A DNA stretch of 63,115 nucleotides, counting the filler, from Reclinomonas americana ATCC 50394 (taxonomy: Eukaryota): the NCBI GenBank assembly GCA_048213135.1. It is 5 parts of 2 records of this genome, joined end to end, with 100 filler letters (N's around TTAATTAATTAA, not from the genome) between each part and the next. Parts side by side here need not be neighbours in the genome. Positions count along the whole stretch, not along the records: positions 1 to 13,252 come from PS015174.1; 4 more parts are not named here. One strand, 5' to 3'. Shown here piece after piece: positions 1 through 11,037 of the stretch; position 1 is the stretch's first letter; every line of letters begins with the position of its first letter. The position numbers and the translations under genes are program-made. Below the pieces are notes generated by a model. That model was not told where the DNA came from, did not search any database, and saw nothing but the letters and a program-made list of their open reading frames with translations.

Positions 1-271
1 GAGAGAGAGAGGAGGAGGGAGGGGAGGAGGAGGAGAGTAAGAGAGAGGGGGGAGCGAGAGAGAAGGCAAGTTAGTGCAGTCAGTGAGTGAATGAGTGCAG
101 TCAGTGAATGAGTGAGTGACTGGGAGAGACAAGGAGCGTGTTTTATTGAGTGAGAGTGAGTGAGTGCAAGCGAGCGTGACCACGTGCTCAGCGATTGTAT
201 GATCAGTTTCCCTTCTGTGAAGAGATCAGTGCAGTTTAACTCTTCCGATTGACAATCGATCGCGCTCACAG

Positions 272-3200
272 GAGCCTCGGCATCATTATGCACAAGAGCG
301 ACGAATCGGCCTATTCGCCACTCGGCAAGTGGTGGATGATTAGCCACTTTTGGCTCATGCTCTACATTACGGCATTAGTTCCATTACGAGTTCAGTGCTG
401 GCTCACTTGCCTGTGTGATGTAATTCGCGAGACTTATCTTGCCTCTCGTATCACTGCAGGCCGCATTCCGCTCCGCAGCCACAGCTCCGTGGATTGTGCT
501 GGATGGGCTCATTGACTTGGCGATTGTGGCCGATATTATCTTTCACTTTCGCAATCCGTACTACGAGGGCGGCGATGTGATTCGCGACAAGAAAAAGATT
601 GTCACGCACTACCTCAAGGGCTGGTTCATTATCGATCTGCTCACGGTGCTGCCGTTTGAGGTGTTTTGGGTGGTCACGGGCATTGAGCCGCTGCTGCGCG
701 TGAATCGCACGTTGAGGTACTGTGTGGGGCGGGGGTTGTGGATGTCGCTGCACTGAATTCTGAGTCCTCTCTCTGCGCACCTTCCTGTCTGTGCATCTTC
801 CTGTGTCCTGCACCATCAGTTCGCCTGTCTCCGTCCTTCTCTCTCTGTCTCTCTTTTCTTTCTCTCTGCGCACTTGAGTGTTTGTTCTCTACTCTTCGAT
901 GTGACTGTCTCCGTGTCTGTACACCTTCGTCTATCTGTCGCTACCTCAGTACTTTCTTCGTGTGACTCTCGCTTCCCTTTCTCTCACTCTCTGGATGTAC
1001 CCCTTTAAGCGTCCGCCACCCTTTAGTCTGACTGTATCTTCGCTTTCTCCGCCTCTCTCTCTCTCTCTCTCTTGAGTGTCTTCCTGTGTCCTTCACTCAT
1101 TCAGTCAATCTGTCTCTTCGCTTTCTCCGTCTCTCTCTTCTCTTTTCTCTTTCTCTCTCTCTCTCTGTCCGTACTTGCATGCCCCGTGTGTCCTCCGCTC
1201 TTCGTCTGACTATCTCTTCACTTTCTCTCTTTCTCTCTCCCTTTATCCTTCTCTGTCTGGTCGTGTATCCTGCACTCTTCAGGCTGATCGTCTCTTCACT
1301 TTCTCCATCTCTTTCTCTCTCTTTGCGAACTTGATTGCCTTCCTCTTCAATCTGACTGTATCCATGTCTTCTCTCTCTTTTCTCTCCCGCTTTGCTTTGT
1401 CTGCCTCCTACCATCTCTCACTGTCACGGCATCTCTCTCTCTCTCTCTTTCTCTCTCTGCATGCTTGCTGTGCCCTCCATTCTCTCCGCTTCCGTTTCCC
1501 ACTCGCGCTTCCCCTTCCACCCCCTTCCCCTTTCCACCCTTTCCCTAATATCCCCTTCCCCTCCACCAGGCTCCTCCGCTACGGCCTCTACTTCAACTTC
1601 CTTATCCGACACACCAAGCTCAACCCCACCCTCGTCGCCATTTCGCAATTCGTGCTCTTTGTCTTCCTCGTCACGCATTTCGTGGCCTGCTTCTTCTTCG
1701 TTTTTGTGCAAATCGAGGGCGACACCGGCTCGGCGCAGTGGGTCTCCTCGCTTCCGCTACGAACAATGCCACTCCTCACGCAGTACCTCTTCTCGTTCTG
1801 GTGGGCCATTGTGACGCTGACGGGTGTCGGTGGAACGCAACCGATGACCAATTTGGAGTACGGCTACTCGCTGTTCACGGTGCTGCTCGGTGTGGCCATG
1901 TTCGTGGCCATCATCGGTTACGTCGGCTCGTTGGTGACGGAGCTCGGTGCCGTGTTGCGTCTTTTTTTTTCTTCCGGCTCCCTTTAGCTTCTCTCTCTCT
2001 CCCCCTTCACTCACTCTCTTTCTTCCCCCCACTGGCAGAGAGGCCGATTTCCGCTCCAAGGTCGACTCGGTGAACGAGTACATGCGGTACCGCAACATTG
2101 GCAAGCCGCTGCAGAAAAAGGTCCGCCAGTACTACAAGTACATGTGGAAGACACGTGCGGGCATTGATGAGGCCCAGGTGCGTTTGCGCGGGCACAGCAG
2201 ATTGTTTCGGTCGAAGAACTCACCACCACCTCCTTTGCTCTTTTGCGCAGGTGCTGGACCAACTGCCGGCCTACATTCGCTTCGAGGTCACCAAGTACCT
2301 GTACAAGGGCCTCGTCTCGAAAGTGCCCCTCTTCCACACGGCCGACGCCGAGTTTGTGCGCTCCATTATCGGTAGCATCAAGCCGCGCGTCTTCCTGCCC
2401 GACACGTGGGTCATTCGCAAGGGCGAGATCGGACGTGAGATGTACATTATCGGCAAGGGGCAGGTGGAGGTGGTGGGCGACGAGGACGCCAATGGCATGC
2501 GACCGGTGTTTGCGACGCTAAAGGATGGCGATTTCTTTGGTGAAATCGCCCTTCTCATGAATCAGCCGCGTAACGCCAGCATCCGCACCAAGGGCTACTG
2601 CGAGTTGTACGTGCTGATGCAGGAGAGCTTCAACCAGGTGAGACAAAGCGGGGAGAGAAGAAATGATTTCCGAATTCCCTGCTCTCACCCTTTGTCTATC
2701 TCGCAGACCATGGACGACTATCCCGACCAGCGCGAAAAGATCTACGAAGTGGCACGTACGCGCTACAATGCCGCCATTGAGTCGGCATCGTCGGCGGCCA
2801 GGGTGCGCACCGGCTCGATCTCGTACGGCAACAGCCGGCGGGCCATGAGCAGGCGCACGCTCAAGTCGTCGCGCGAGAACTCGCAACGCTCGCTGTCAGG
2901 CACGTTGCATGGCCTCCGCCATCAGATAGTCAAAATGTGCTCACCAATCGCCACAGGTGCCGACTCGATGCGTCGCATGTCGACGAGGAGGAGAAGCGGG
3001 CAGGCATTGCAATCGATGACTGACGGTGCGTTATCTCTGGTCTCCCTCTCTTTTGTTTCCCCCCAACTCATTGACGAGTCCATTGCAGATCCCAGTTCTG
3101 CAGCCGCCGACTCACCCGGTTGCGTTGCCACCGCCCGCCCGACCTGTTATTCATCGTGCATGCTGCTCACTTCCTTGCTCCCACCAGACGCCACCTCCGC

Positions 3201-3459
3201 CGCTTCGGAAACCAACGGCGGTCTCCTGTTCTCACCGCAAAAGGCAAGTCTCCCTCACTTCCCCCACCATCATTGCCTCATCTCTCAACTCCGTCGTCGT
3301 TCCAGATGCGTGAGGGTGCCGTCCCCGAGTCACTGCCTTCGGAACAGTCGGCTGGTACGTTGCTGCATTTATTTTCCAGCACTTTTCTACGGTGTATTTA
3401 TCGTGTCCTCCCTACGCGCAGCTGCCTCGTCGGTGATGAGCCCCACTAATGATGACTAA
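272..3459 (+). CDS. Cyclic-nucleotide-gated/KCNH-like cation channel, multi-exon, 5' end outside window
   Basis: Spliced exons give YLKGWFIIDLLTVLPF, LRVNRTLRLLR (S4), pore FWWAIVTLTGVG, C-linker (VNEYMRYRNI..LQKKVRQYY) and cNMP-binding domain (GEIGREMYII..GDFFGEIALL..RNASIR). Stop TAA at 3457-3459. Confidence 0.9.
727..1560 (+). repeat. CT-rich low-complexity/microsatellite intron
   Basis: Degenerate (CT)n tract inside GT-AG intron 717-1569. Similar tracts fill most long introns in the window. Confidence 0.85.
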
Positions 3460-3522
3460 AGAAAATGAAACAAACAAAAACGAACCTGTTGCTGCATTGC
3501 ATCGTCGTCCTCTCGTTTATCA

Positions 3523-5067
3523 ATGTCTGACGCGCCACCACCAGGCGCCTCCGCGTCCTCCGCGATCCCCGCCAGTGCCTTTGCTCGCCCGGCACCTCGC
3601 GCCCGCGCAGTGCGAGAACACGAGGCACTGGCGCCACTGAGCAGCGAGGCCGAACGTGAGCATGCGTACCGCGTGCCTGCACGATGCATCCTCGCGGAGC
3701 GCGATATGGCCGCCTGGGAGCAATCGCCCGCCTATGCAGCCTTCACTGGCTTCCTCGTGTTGCTGAACGAGGCGGTGAAGAGCAAGCCGGCACTGAGTGA
3801 GGCTGTTGTCAATCGCGATCACTGGTCACAGGTACTATTCTTGTCGGTGCTCTCTCTTACTCACTCACTGTGTGTGTGTCTCACACGTGCGCGTAAGCCT
3901 GTGGTGGCTGTGGTGCAGCAACTGGAGCGACTGAGTGCGTTGATCGATGAGATCCCTCCGTTGCAGCAGGCGTCGCGGTTCGGGAACAAGGCCTATCGCG
4001 AGTGGAATGCGCGAGTGGTGGAGGTATGAGTGAGTGACAGAGCATGTGTGTGTCTACCCTCTGCAAGCGAGCTCACTCGTCGATCAGGGTGCGGTGGATG
4101 CCATGAATGAGCTGCTGAAGGAGGCGTCGGTGGCGCAAAAGGAGGCGGCGGCTGTCGAGATTGCCGAGTACTGGAAGCTGTCGTTTGGCAACGAGGTGCG
4201 CATCGACTATGGCACAGGTCACGAGGCGTGCTTTGTGGCCTGGATGTGCTGCTTGTACCGGGTGGGCTTCTTTGGTGACACGTCGCGCGACTTGTTGGTG
4301 TTTGTCGTCTTTCGACGGTGCGTCACTCTCCCCGCACTCCCATCGCTCTTTGCATATGAGTTGACGTCCCCACGCCGCCCCCCGGGTACAGGTACTTGGA
4401 GTTGATGCGCAAGCTGCAGCGCACGTACATGCTGGAGCCGGCGGGTTCGCACGGAGTGTGGGGTCTCGATGATTACCAGTTTTTGCCGTTCCTGTGGGGC
4501 TCGGCACAGCTGATTGGTTTGTTTTGCGTGCGTGGCGCACCTCGTGCTTTTCCTTCTCCCAGCACTCACTGCATGATGCAGGCCACCAAGAGGTTCAGCC
4601 GGCATCCGTGCTGGACAAGCAGGTGGTGGACACCTTTGCGCCGGACTATTTGTATCTCGAATGCATTCAGTTTATCAACCAGGTGGGGCGATGTGTGGCG
4701 TGCACGCGCGCGCTTCCCACTATGCAAGCTCACACTTGTGTGTGCGTCCATAGGTCAAGACCGGACCATTTTTCGAGCACTCGCCCATGCTGTACGATAT
4801 CTCCAACCTGCCACACTGGGCCAAAGTGAATTCAGGTACGCGTGTCTCCCTGCTGAAAGCCTGCAAGTACGACACTCACTGCACCACCACCACTGTGCAG
4901 GCATGCTGAAAATGTACACGGCAGAGGTGTGTCGTCCCCGATTGCGCTGCGCCCTCGTCGATGCAATCCTGCTCACTCTTCCATCTCTGTGCGCGCAGGT
5001 GCTGCACAAGTACCCGGTGATGCAACACATGCTGTTCGGGTCGCTGCTGCCGTTTCGTGGCACGTGA
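3523..5067 (+). CDS. PTPA: PP2A phosphatase activator PTPA (RRD1/2 family), 8 exons
   Basis: Motifs [77 protein letters not shown] across GT-AG introns. Confidence 0.95.
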
Positions 5068-5182
5068 GTATTAGCGTGAGTAGCCACAGAAAAAACCACA
5101 TCGACAATGTAATCGTGTAACAGGAGAGCCGAAAAAAACCTGTTCATCTAGGGCAGCTATTGTTGTGGTTGTTGTTGTTTTC

Positions 5183-6317
5183 CTACGGGATCGGAATGCG
5201 CACCATGCGCTTCCATACCACGGGCATCTGTTGCGCCAGTGCGTTGACATCGTCGTAGAACGAACCTGGCACGTTGGGCGCCACCTGCATGCATCTTGCA
5301 CCGTGAGCGCATGTCGCACACACACTCTGCACTCACGAGCATCACCTGTGGGAACTCCTCGTACCGCTTTTCTCGCCGACTGAGCTCGCACAGCATGAAA
5401 GGCGCGCCAAACTCGTGAAAGTAGCGTGCGTCGCACACGCGCAGCAGCACCTTGTCGACGCGCAGGTAATACCGGAAGAGAATGAAGAAGAACTCGGGCA
5501 TGACTCGCTGTCGACGCAGTGAGAGCTTGCTTTTCTCCCTGCCACTGAGACACACAACAACGCACCAGCTTGACTCCCGAGTGACACTCGCCAAAGTCGT
5601 TCAGCTCGTCGGTGAACAGGTTGACGGCCGAGAAGAAGAGGAACGGATCGGGACGCGTCAGGCGCGCCACATCAAAGTCGTTGCCCGGCTCAGCATCCAC
5701 CGGCTGCACGGCAGACAGCTGAGCCACACACAGCGGCACACATCCTCCCTCCCTGCGAGCTCACCTCTGCAGAACACGTGCCGCAGTACTCGGACGAGAA
5801 GGTCCAGTTGCGAAACTCGGCACCGACCTCGCGAATGTCCACATCGACCATTTGCTGCTCCCGTGCACGACGCCACGACTCCGATCCCGACACTCGCACC
5901 GGTGGACCGGCAAACTCACCCCCGACTGCCACTGCTACTGCCTCCTGCGCCTCGCCTTCCACCTCTGGCACATGCTCAAAGCGCGCACACGCCGCCAAGT
6001 GCTCACGCGCCGCGAACTGCAACGAGAACACCACATTGCCGGTCTCTGGCGACACGCGCTCCAACAGCACGTGGCTGTTGCTGAAGAACATCTCTGGCAC
6101 AGTCTTGATGCTCAGCTCCTCCTCCAGCCTGTCACATGCACGACGACAGCAATCAGCTGCTGCTTGCTGAAGGAAGATATTCTCGCACACGCGACACACA
6201 CAACTCTTCCTTCTCCGCGCTCAGACTCATGCGCGACTGCTCGGCTTTGATGCGCCACCCGCGGTACTCGCAGCTGCGTCCCTCGTTGAGCACCACCAGA
6301 TCGCCACTGCCCGCCAT
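5183..6317 (-). CDS. TIPRL: TIP41/TIPRL PP2A regulator, 5 exons
   Basis: MAGSGDL..GWRI..LEEELSIKTVPEMFF, WTFSSEY, DPFLFFSAVNLFTDELNDFG, KLRVMP..YLRVDKVLLRVCDARYFHEF. Stop TAG at 5183-5185. Confidence 0.92.
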
Positions 6318-6370
6318 CCTCACACACACAGACGCACGCGAGCTCGAGCACTTGTCCTTTTCTCATTCCA

Positions 6371-7894
6371 ATGCCTCGCGCCAAAGCTCAGCGTCGACGT
6401 CGACTCCAGCTGGGCTTGCACTGGGCCACCGAGAACCGCCGTCGCGATGCAGCTCATGAGATCACACAGTGCCTGGCGCAGCTTGCGGAGGGCGGGGACG
6501 CAGAAGAGCTGTCTCTGCAGCTGGCGCTGGATCCGAACGCAGGTGGACAAGTCGACGATGGCACGAGCAGTGAAGTGAGTGCTGCTGTGGCGACCACCGG
6601 CAGTGCCACTCCTCCCGCGACCCCCTTGCGGGACGGTGAAGGCGGGGAGGAGGCGGTGATGGGGGAAGTGCAGCAAATGACGGAGGAGCTGATGGTGTGG
6701 CACTCGTTGCGAGTGGCGGCGTGGGTGGCCGACGTGCATCTGGCGCGTTCTATCTGGGCGCGATTGCGTGTGACAATGCAGATGGCGGTGGTGGACGAGG
6801 ATGCGTGGGCCGATGTGGTGATGTGGGTCACGTTTTACACGGCGGTGAGCTGTCGATTCGATGAGGCGCGCGGGGCGTGGCTGCAGCTGCTAGGCGACTT
6901 GTGTGGCAATGCACCGGCGCCCGGCAATGGAGGTGCTGGCACGTCGCGTCGGTGGGCTTGCTTGCACGAGGCACTGTGTGTGGCCTGTCTGTTGGACTCG
7001 TCGCCGGCGGTGACCGTGGTGCTTCCGCTGCACGACCCGTCGACGAATGACAATGCTGCGCTGTTGAAGGCGGCGTGGCGTGGCAGTGTCAGCTGCGTGG
7101 CGGTGCTGCTGCAGGATGCACGGTGTGAGGTGGCGGTCGATCGAGCCTTCTCGCTGGCCCTCACGCGCGGTCACGCCCTGCTGGTGTCGTACTTGGCCGA
7201 TCGTGTGCCCGTACGTGTGCTCAAGGCACCGGCCATCCTGTGGCTCAGCCGGAGCGCCACTGACTTGGCCATGGTGCGTGTGCTGGTGACGCACCCGGCG
7301 CTGCAGCCGCTGATCGTGCCCGACGGTCGCTGCCCCGTCAATCTCGTCTGCCGCAACATCGCCCTCGGCAGTCTCTGCAGCGCCCAGCTTCTCATGCTCT
7401 GTGTGCCACTGGCCACGGCCGTGTTCCCGAGTCCACCGGCCACCGTCGATTCGCACGTGTCGTCGCTGGTTGGTCTCTCTTATGCTTCCCATTTGTGCAT
7501 TTTTGCCGTCGCTCACCGCCCAACACAGGTGGTCGAGTGGTCCGCGCAGTGCGCTCAGGCGCTGCAGCCTGGCTTTGATGTGGCCGGCGGTCGACTTGCC
7601 ACGCCCTGGCGATGCGACGAGTGGGGCGGTTCGCAGCCACTTCTGCAGCTGCTGGACCGCGTTTTCGATCACCGTCGGCACTTTGCGCAGGTTTGTGCGG
7701 CCACCGGCGCCGCCAGCCCGACGTTACTCGAACGTATGCTGACGCCTCCGCACGGCGTCTTGTCGGCGCTGGCCAAGCACGTGATGCATCGCGCGCGTCT
7801 TTTCTCCATCTACGCGAGGATGCTTCCGATGCACCACGGGGTGGCACTGTTGCCGGACGAGCTGTGGTGCCTCGTGCTGTCATGGATCACATGA
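6371..7894 (+). CDS. Intronless ankyrin-repeat-like protein with C-terminal F-box-like motif
   Basis: 507-aa uninterrupted ORF. DPSTNDNAALLKAAWRGSVSCVAVLLQD and ALTRGHALLVSYL resemble ankyrin repeats; it ends LLPDELWCLVLSW. Confidence 0.65.
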   Translation: MPRAKAQRRRRLQLGLHWATENRRRDAAHEITQCLAQLAEGGDAEELSLQLALDPNAGGQVDDGTSSEVSAAVATTGSATPPATPLRDGEGGEEAVMGEVQQMTEELMVWHSLRVAAWVADVHLARSIWARLRVTMQMAVVDEDAWADVVMWVTFYTAVSCRFDEARGAWLQLLGDLCGNAPAPGNGGAGTSRRWACLHEALCVACLLDSSPAVTVVLPLHDPSTNDNAALLKAAWRGSVSCVAVLLQDARCEVAVDRAFSLALTRGHALLVSYLADRVPVRVLKAPAILWLSRSATDLAMVRVLVTHPALQPLIVPDGRCPVNLVCRNIALGSLCSAQLLMLCVPLATAVFPSPPATVDSHVSSLVGLSYASHLCIFAVAHRPTQVVEWSAQCAQALQPGFDVAGGRLATPWRCDEWGGSQPLLQLLDRVFDHRRHFAQVCAATGAASPTLLERMLTPPHGVLSALAKHVMHRARLFSIYARMLPMHHGVALLPDELWCLVLSWIT

Positions 7895-7958
7895 GCATGA
7901 AAACCGTTACACGCGTGCCAATCTTATCATTTGTCGAGAGAAGGAGAGAGGATCCGAT

Positions 7959-10803
7959 CATGGACAAGGAGAACATTGGGCAAGGCGGCGGCGCTGGCAG
8001 TGCAGTCCACCGACGCGACTCACTCGCGGCTGTCATCGACGCCATCAACAATGGCGACAACGAGGCGCCAGTGCTCTTGCACAAGCCGGCACCACCCATG
8101 TCGAATGCGGCGGCACCTGCTGCCGCGTTGCCGTCGGAAAAGCAGCTGCACAAGTCGCCGATGAAGGGCGCGCCGGCGGCTCCCGCCAGTGCACAGTCGC
8201 GCAGAGAGGAACTTGAACTGTGGAAGCAGTTGCGTCTTGTCATGAGTGGCACTTCAGCGCCTTTTTCCTCCGCGCTCATCATCGTCATCTTCTTCTTCTC
8301 TTTGCCCGCGGGAGTAGGAGACGACTGGCCAAGGCAGCGGCCTCTACGAAACCAATGGGCGCAGCCACGAGCACCGCCGTCATGTACAAGTTGCGTGGGG
8401 AGGGTGTTTCCCCTCTTTCCGAGATCATGCGTCGCGGAAAATGGTCGCTTACCAACTGTGTTGGCGCAACAGTCCCGATCGCCTGAAGAAGGAGTTGCGT
8501 GCGACCATTCGTCACATTGGCAAGGTGAGCTGGGAGAGCAGGTGGTGCGCTGTTTGTTGTTGGCTGACGGAGCACCGGGCACACACACAGTTCAGGGACG
8601 TATTCCACATGCGTCGCGAGTTCGACAAGCTGCTGCTGCGCAACAAGTTCTACGAGCGCCTGCCCGACTACTGGATCCTGTTGGCGCAGTTTGAGCAGGG
8701 CTTTGGAGAGGTGGATCGGGCCAACCAGCTGTTGGTGGCCGCCACGGCACGCAAGGACGTGCAACCAAAGGGAGCCATCTGGGAGGCCCGTCGCCTGCTG
8801 CGCAACGCGGCCGAGAGCAAGGCCAGTGGCAGCACCGATCTGGCCCTGGTGGAACGTCTGTGCCAGTTGGTGTCTGAGCTGCCGCCACCGCCCGCGGCCG
8901 TGATGACACCCGGCAAGGTCGCTCCAGCGACGACAACAACGACGACCGCCACCGATGCTGATACCACATTGGCCGACGTGACGGCTGCCATCATGGCCGC
9001 AGTGAATGTGCCAAACGACGCTGGCAGCTTGGCCGTGGAGGGCGCGCTGGAGGCTGTTGCCAGGATCGAGAAGACGCCGAGCAAGGTTCGTCGAACCTTG
9101 CTGCTTTTACAGATCCTGTTCATGCTCAATCGCGCTCACGCGTTCCCCCAAAAGCAGATGCTTGGCAAGCCTGGTCGCTTGTCTCTCGGCACGCCGTCGC
9201 GCATGTTTGCAACTCCTGGACGCGCCAGTCGAGTACGCATTCAGGAGGACGAGGCGGAAGTGGAGGCGCCCAAGCACCCGCAGTTTGACGCACCGCCAGC
9301 TCCACCTGTGGAGCAGGAAGAGGCGCCACGTGGTGTGCACTTTGCCGACGATGAGATGGCGCAGCAGCTGGAGGAATGGATGAATTCGCTGATAGCCAAG
9401 AAGGCGGGCGAGTTGGAGGCGTCGACACCGCAGTCAGCTTCCGCGGATGCCGCTGTAACCACCACGACCACCACCACGACCACCACCACAATCATTACAG
9501 AGGACGAAGACGTGAGCATCACGTGCACGACGCCATCGGCCGCCAAGGTGCGATTCGCCGAACTTGGACCGGCTGACCGCATTCCCACGGGCAAGACACC
9601 GTTGCGTGCAGCCCAGCTTCAGTGATAGTGGCGACTTGTGCTTGGTCTCGCTCACCACCACCTTGCTTCGATCGACGCAGAAAGAAGACACCGATTGGCA
9701 AGCGCGAGCTCGCGGCGCTGGATGGGGAGGTGGGCGAGGGCGTGAGCTCGTTCGAGACAGAGCTGGTACCGACACGTGGCACGGCAAAGCTGCGAGCGGA
9801 ACACGAGGTGCCATTCTTCTTGTCACCGGTCCGTCGCAGTGCGCGCAAGAAGCGCTCGGCCGACAAGGTGTGTGTATCACAAACAATCAAGTGCGTTCTT
9901 CCCGCTGACACGCACTCAATAAGTCATTGTGGCAGCCGGCCACGGAGGAGTCACTTGCCGACAAGCTGCAGGTCACCGACTTTGCGTATGCGCCGAATTC
10001 GAGCCTCGCCGTGGCGACCGCCGTGGCGCCTGTGGCGACCGCCGTGGCGCCTGTTCCGACCGCTGAGCCGGAGACCGCCGAAGAGCCAGCGGCTGAAGAG
10101 GAGCAGCCAGTCGTTGTGGAGGAGACCGCAACGGAGGAGACGACAGCCACCATGGCGACGACGCCGGCTGGCCGACCGAGCCGTCGCCGTCGCACAGCCG
10201 ATCGCGCACTGGCAGAGGAGGGAGCTGGCGCTGGTGGGTACTCGTCGGCCACACTGCCGACACCGCAGTCGTCGTCTCGCCGACGCTCCACGCGCCACTG
10301 CCGCACGGTGGAGCTCGACATGGACACCATGGCGGAGCTGCAAGCTCGCATGGAGGAAGAGAAGGAGCAGGTGCCGCCAGTGTCGGAGGGCGCGGAAGAG
10401 CCGCCGACTCCCCAGTCGGCGTCTGGCACACGACGCAGTCGCCGCAGCGCCGTCAACCGTGAGTTGGCCAGCTTGCAAGGTGCTGAGACGATGCAAACAT
10501 CGGTGACCGTGTTGGTGCCGCGAGCGCGTGTTGACACGGCCATGGAGGCCGCCACCGGTGCTGCCGTGCAGTTTACGCCAGTCCGCAGGTGAGCAGCTCG
10601 CATCACTTGCAAAGACAGCAGCTACAGTATGCTAAGCGCCGCCCTCGTGCATGCGCAGGTCCACTCGCAAGAAGCAGCCGACTGGCGGCAGCACGCCCGG
10701 CGCCGCCGAGCCATCGGGAATGGTGATTTCACTGCCCAACGCCGACGGCACGTCGGATTCGATCCTCCTGCGCCCCGAGGACACCAAGCGGCTGAAGTTC
10801 TGA
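7959..10803 (+). CDS. CKAP2-like mitotic microtubule-associated protein, multi-exon
   Basis: N-terminal DKEN box, REELELWK, LPDYWILLAQFE..KDVQP, FLSPVRRS and FTPVRRS, many S/T-P sites. Stop TGA at 10801-10803. Confidence 0.6.
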
Positions 10804-11037
10804 GAGGGCACGCGCTACCCTGTCCACAATTGTTTAGTGTTGTTGTCCACGTCTGCCACCGCCTCCTCCGCCGCCACGTGCGTGCGGGGAGAGTGCGTGT
10901 GTGTCCATGTTCCACCACCACCACCATACCCACAATCGTCAATCGTACACACGCGCACACGCACGCAAACAGAAGGAGAGAGAATGAAGCGAGAGAAGAA
11001 TCTGTTGTTTGTCGTCGTCATCCATCTGTGTTTATGG

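Noticed and set aside
1948-2040. Apparent non-canonical GT..GC intron in the channel gene
   Set aside because: Resolved as GT-AG using the GTTGCG donor at 1954 and CAG at 2038, giving ELGAVEADFR.
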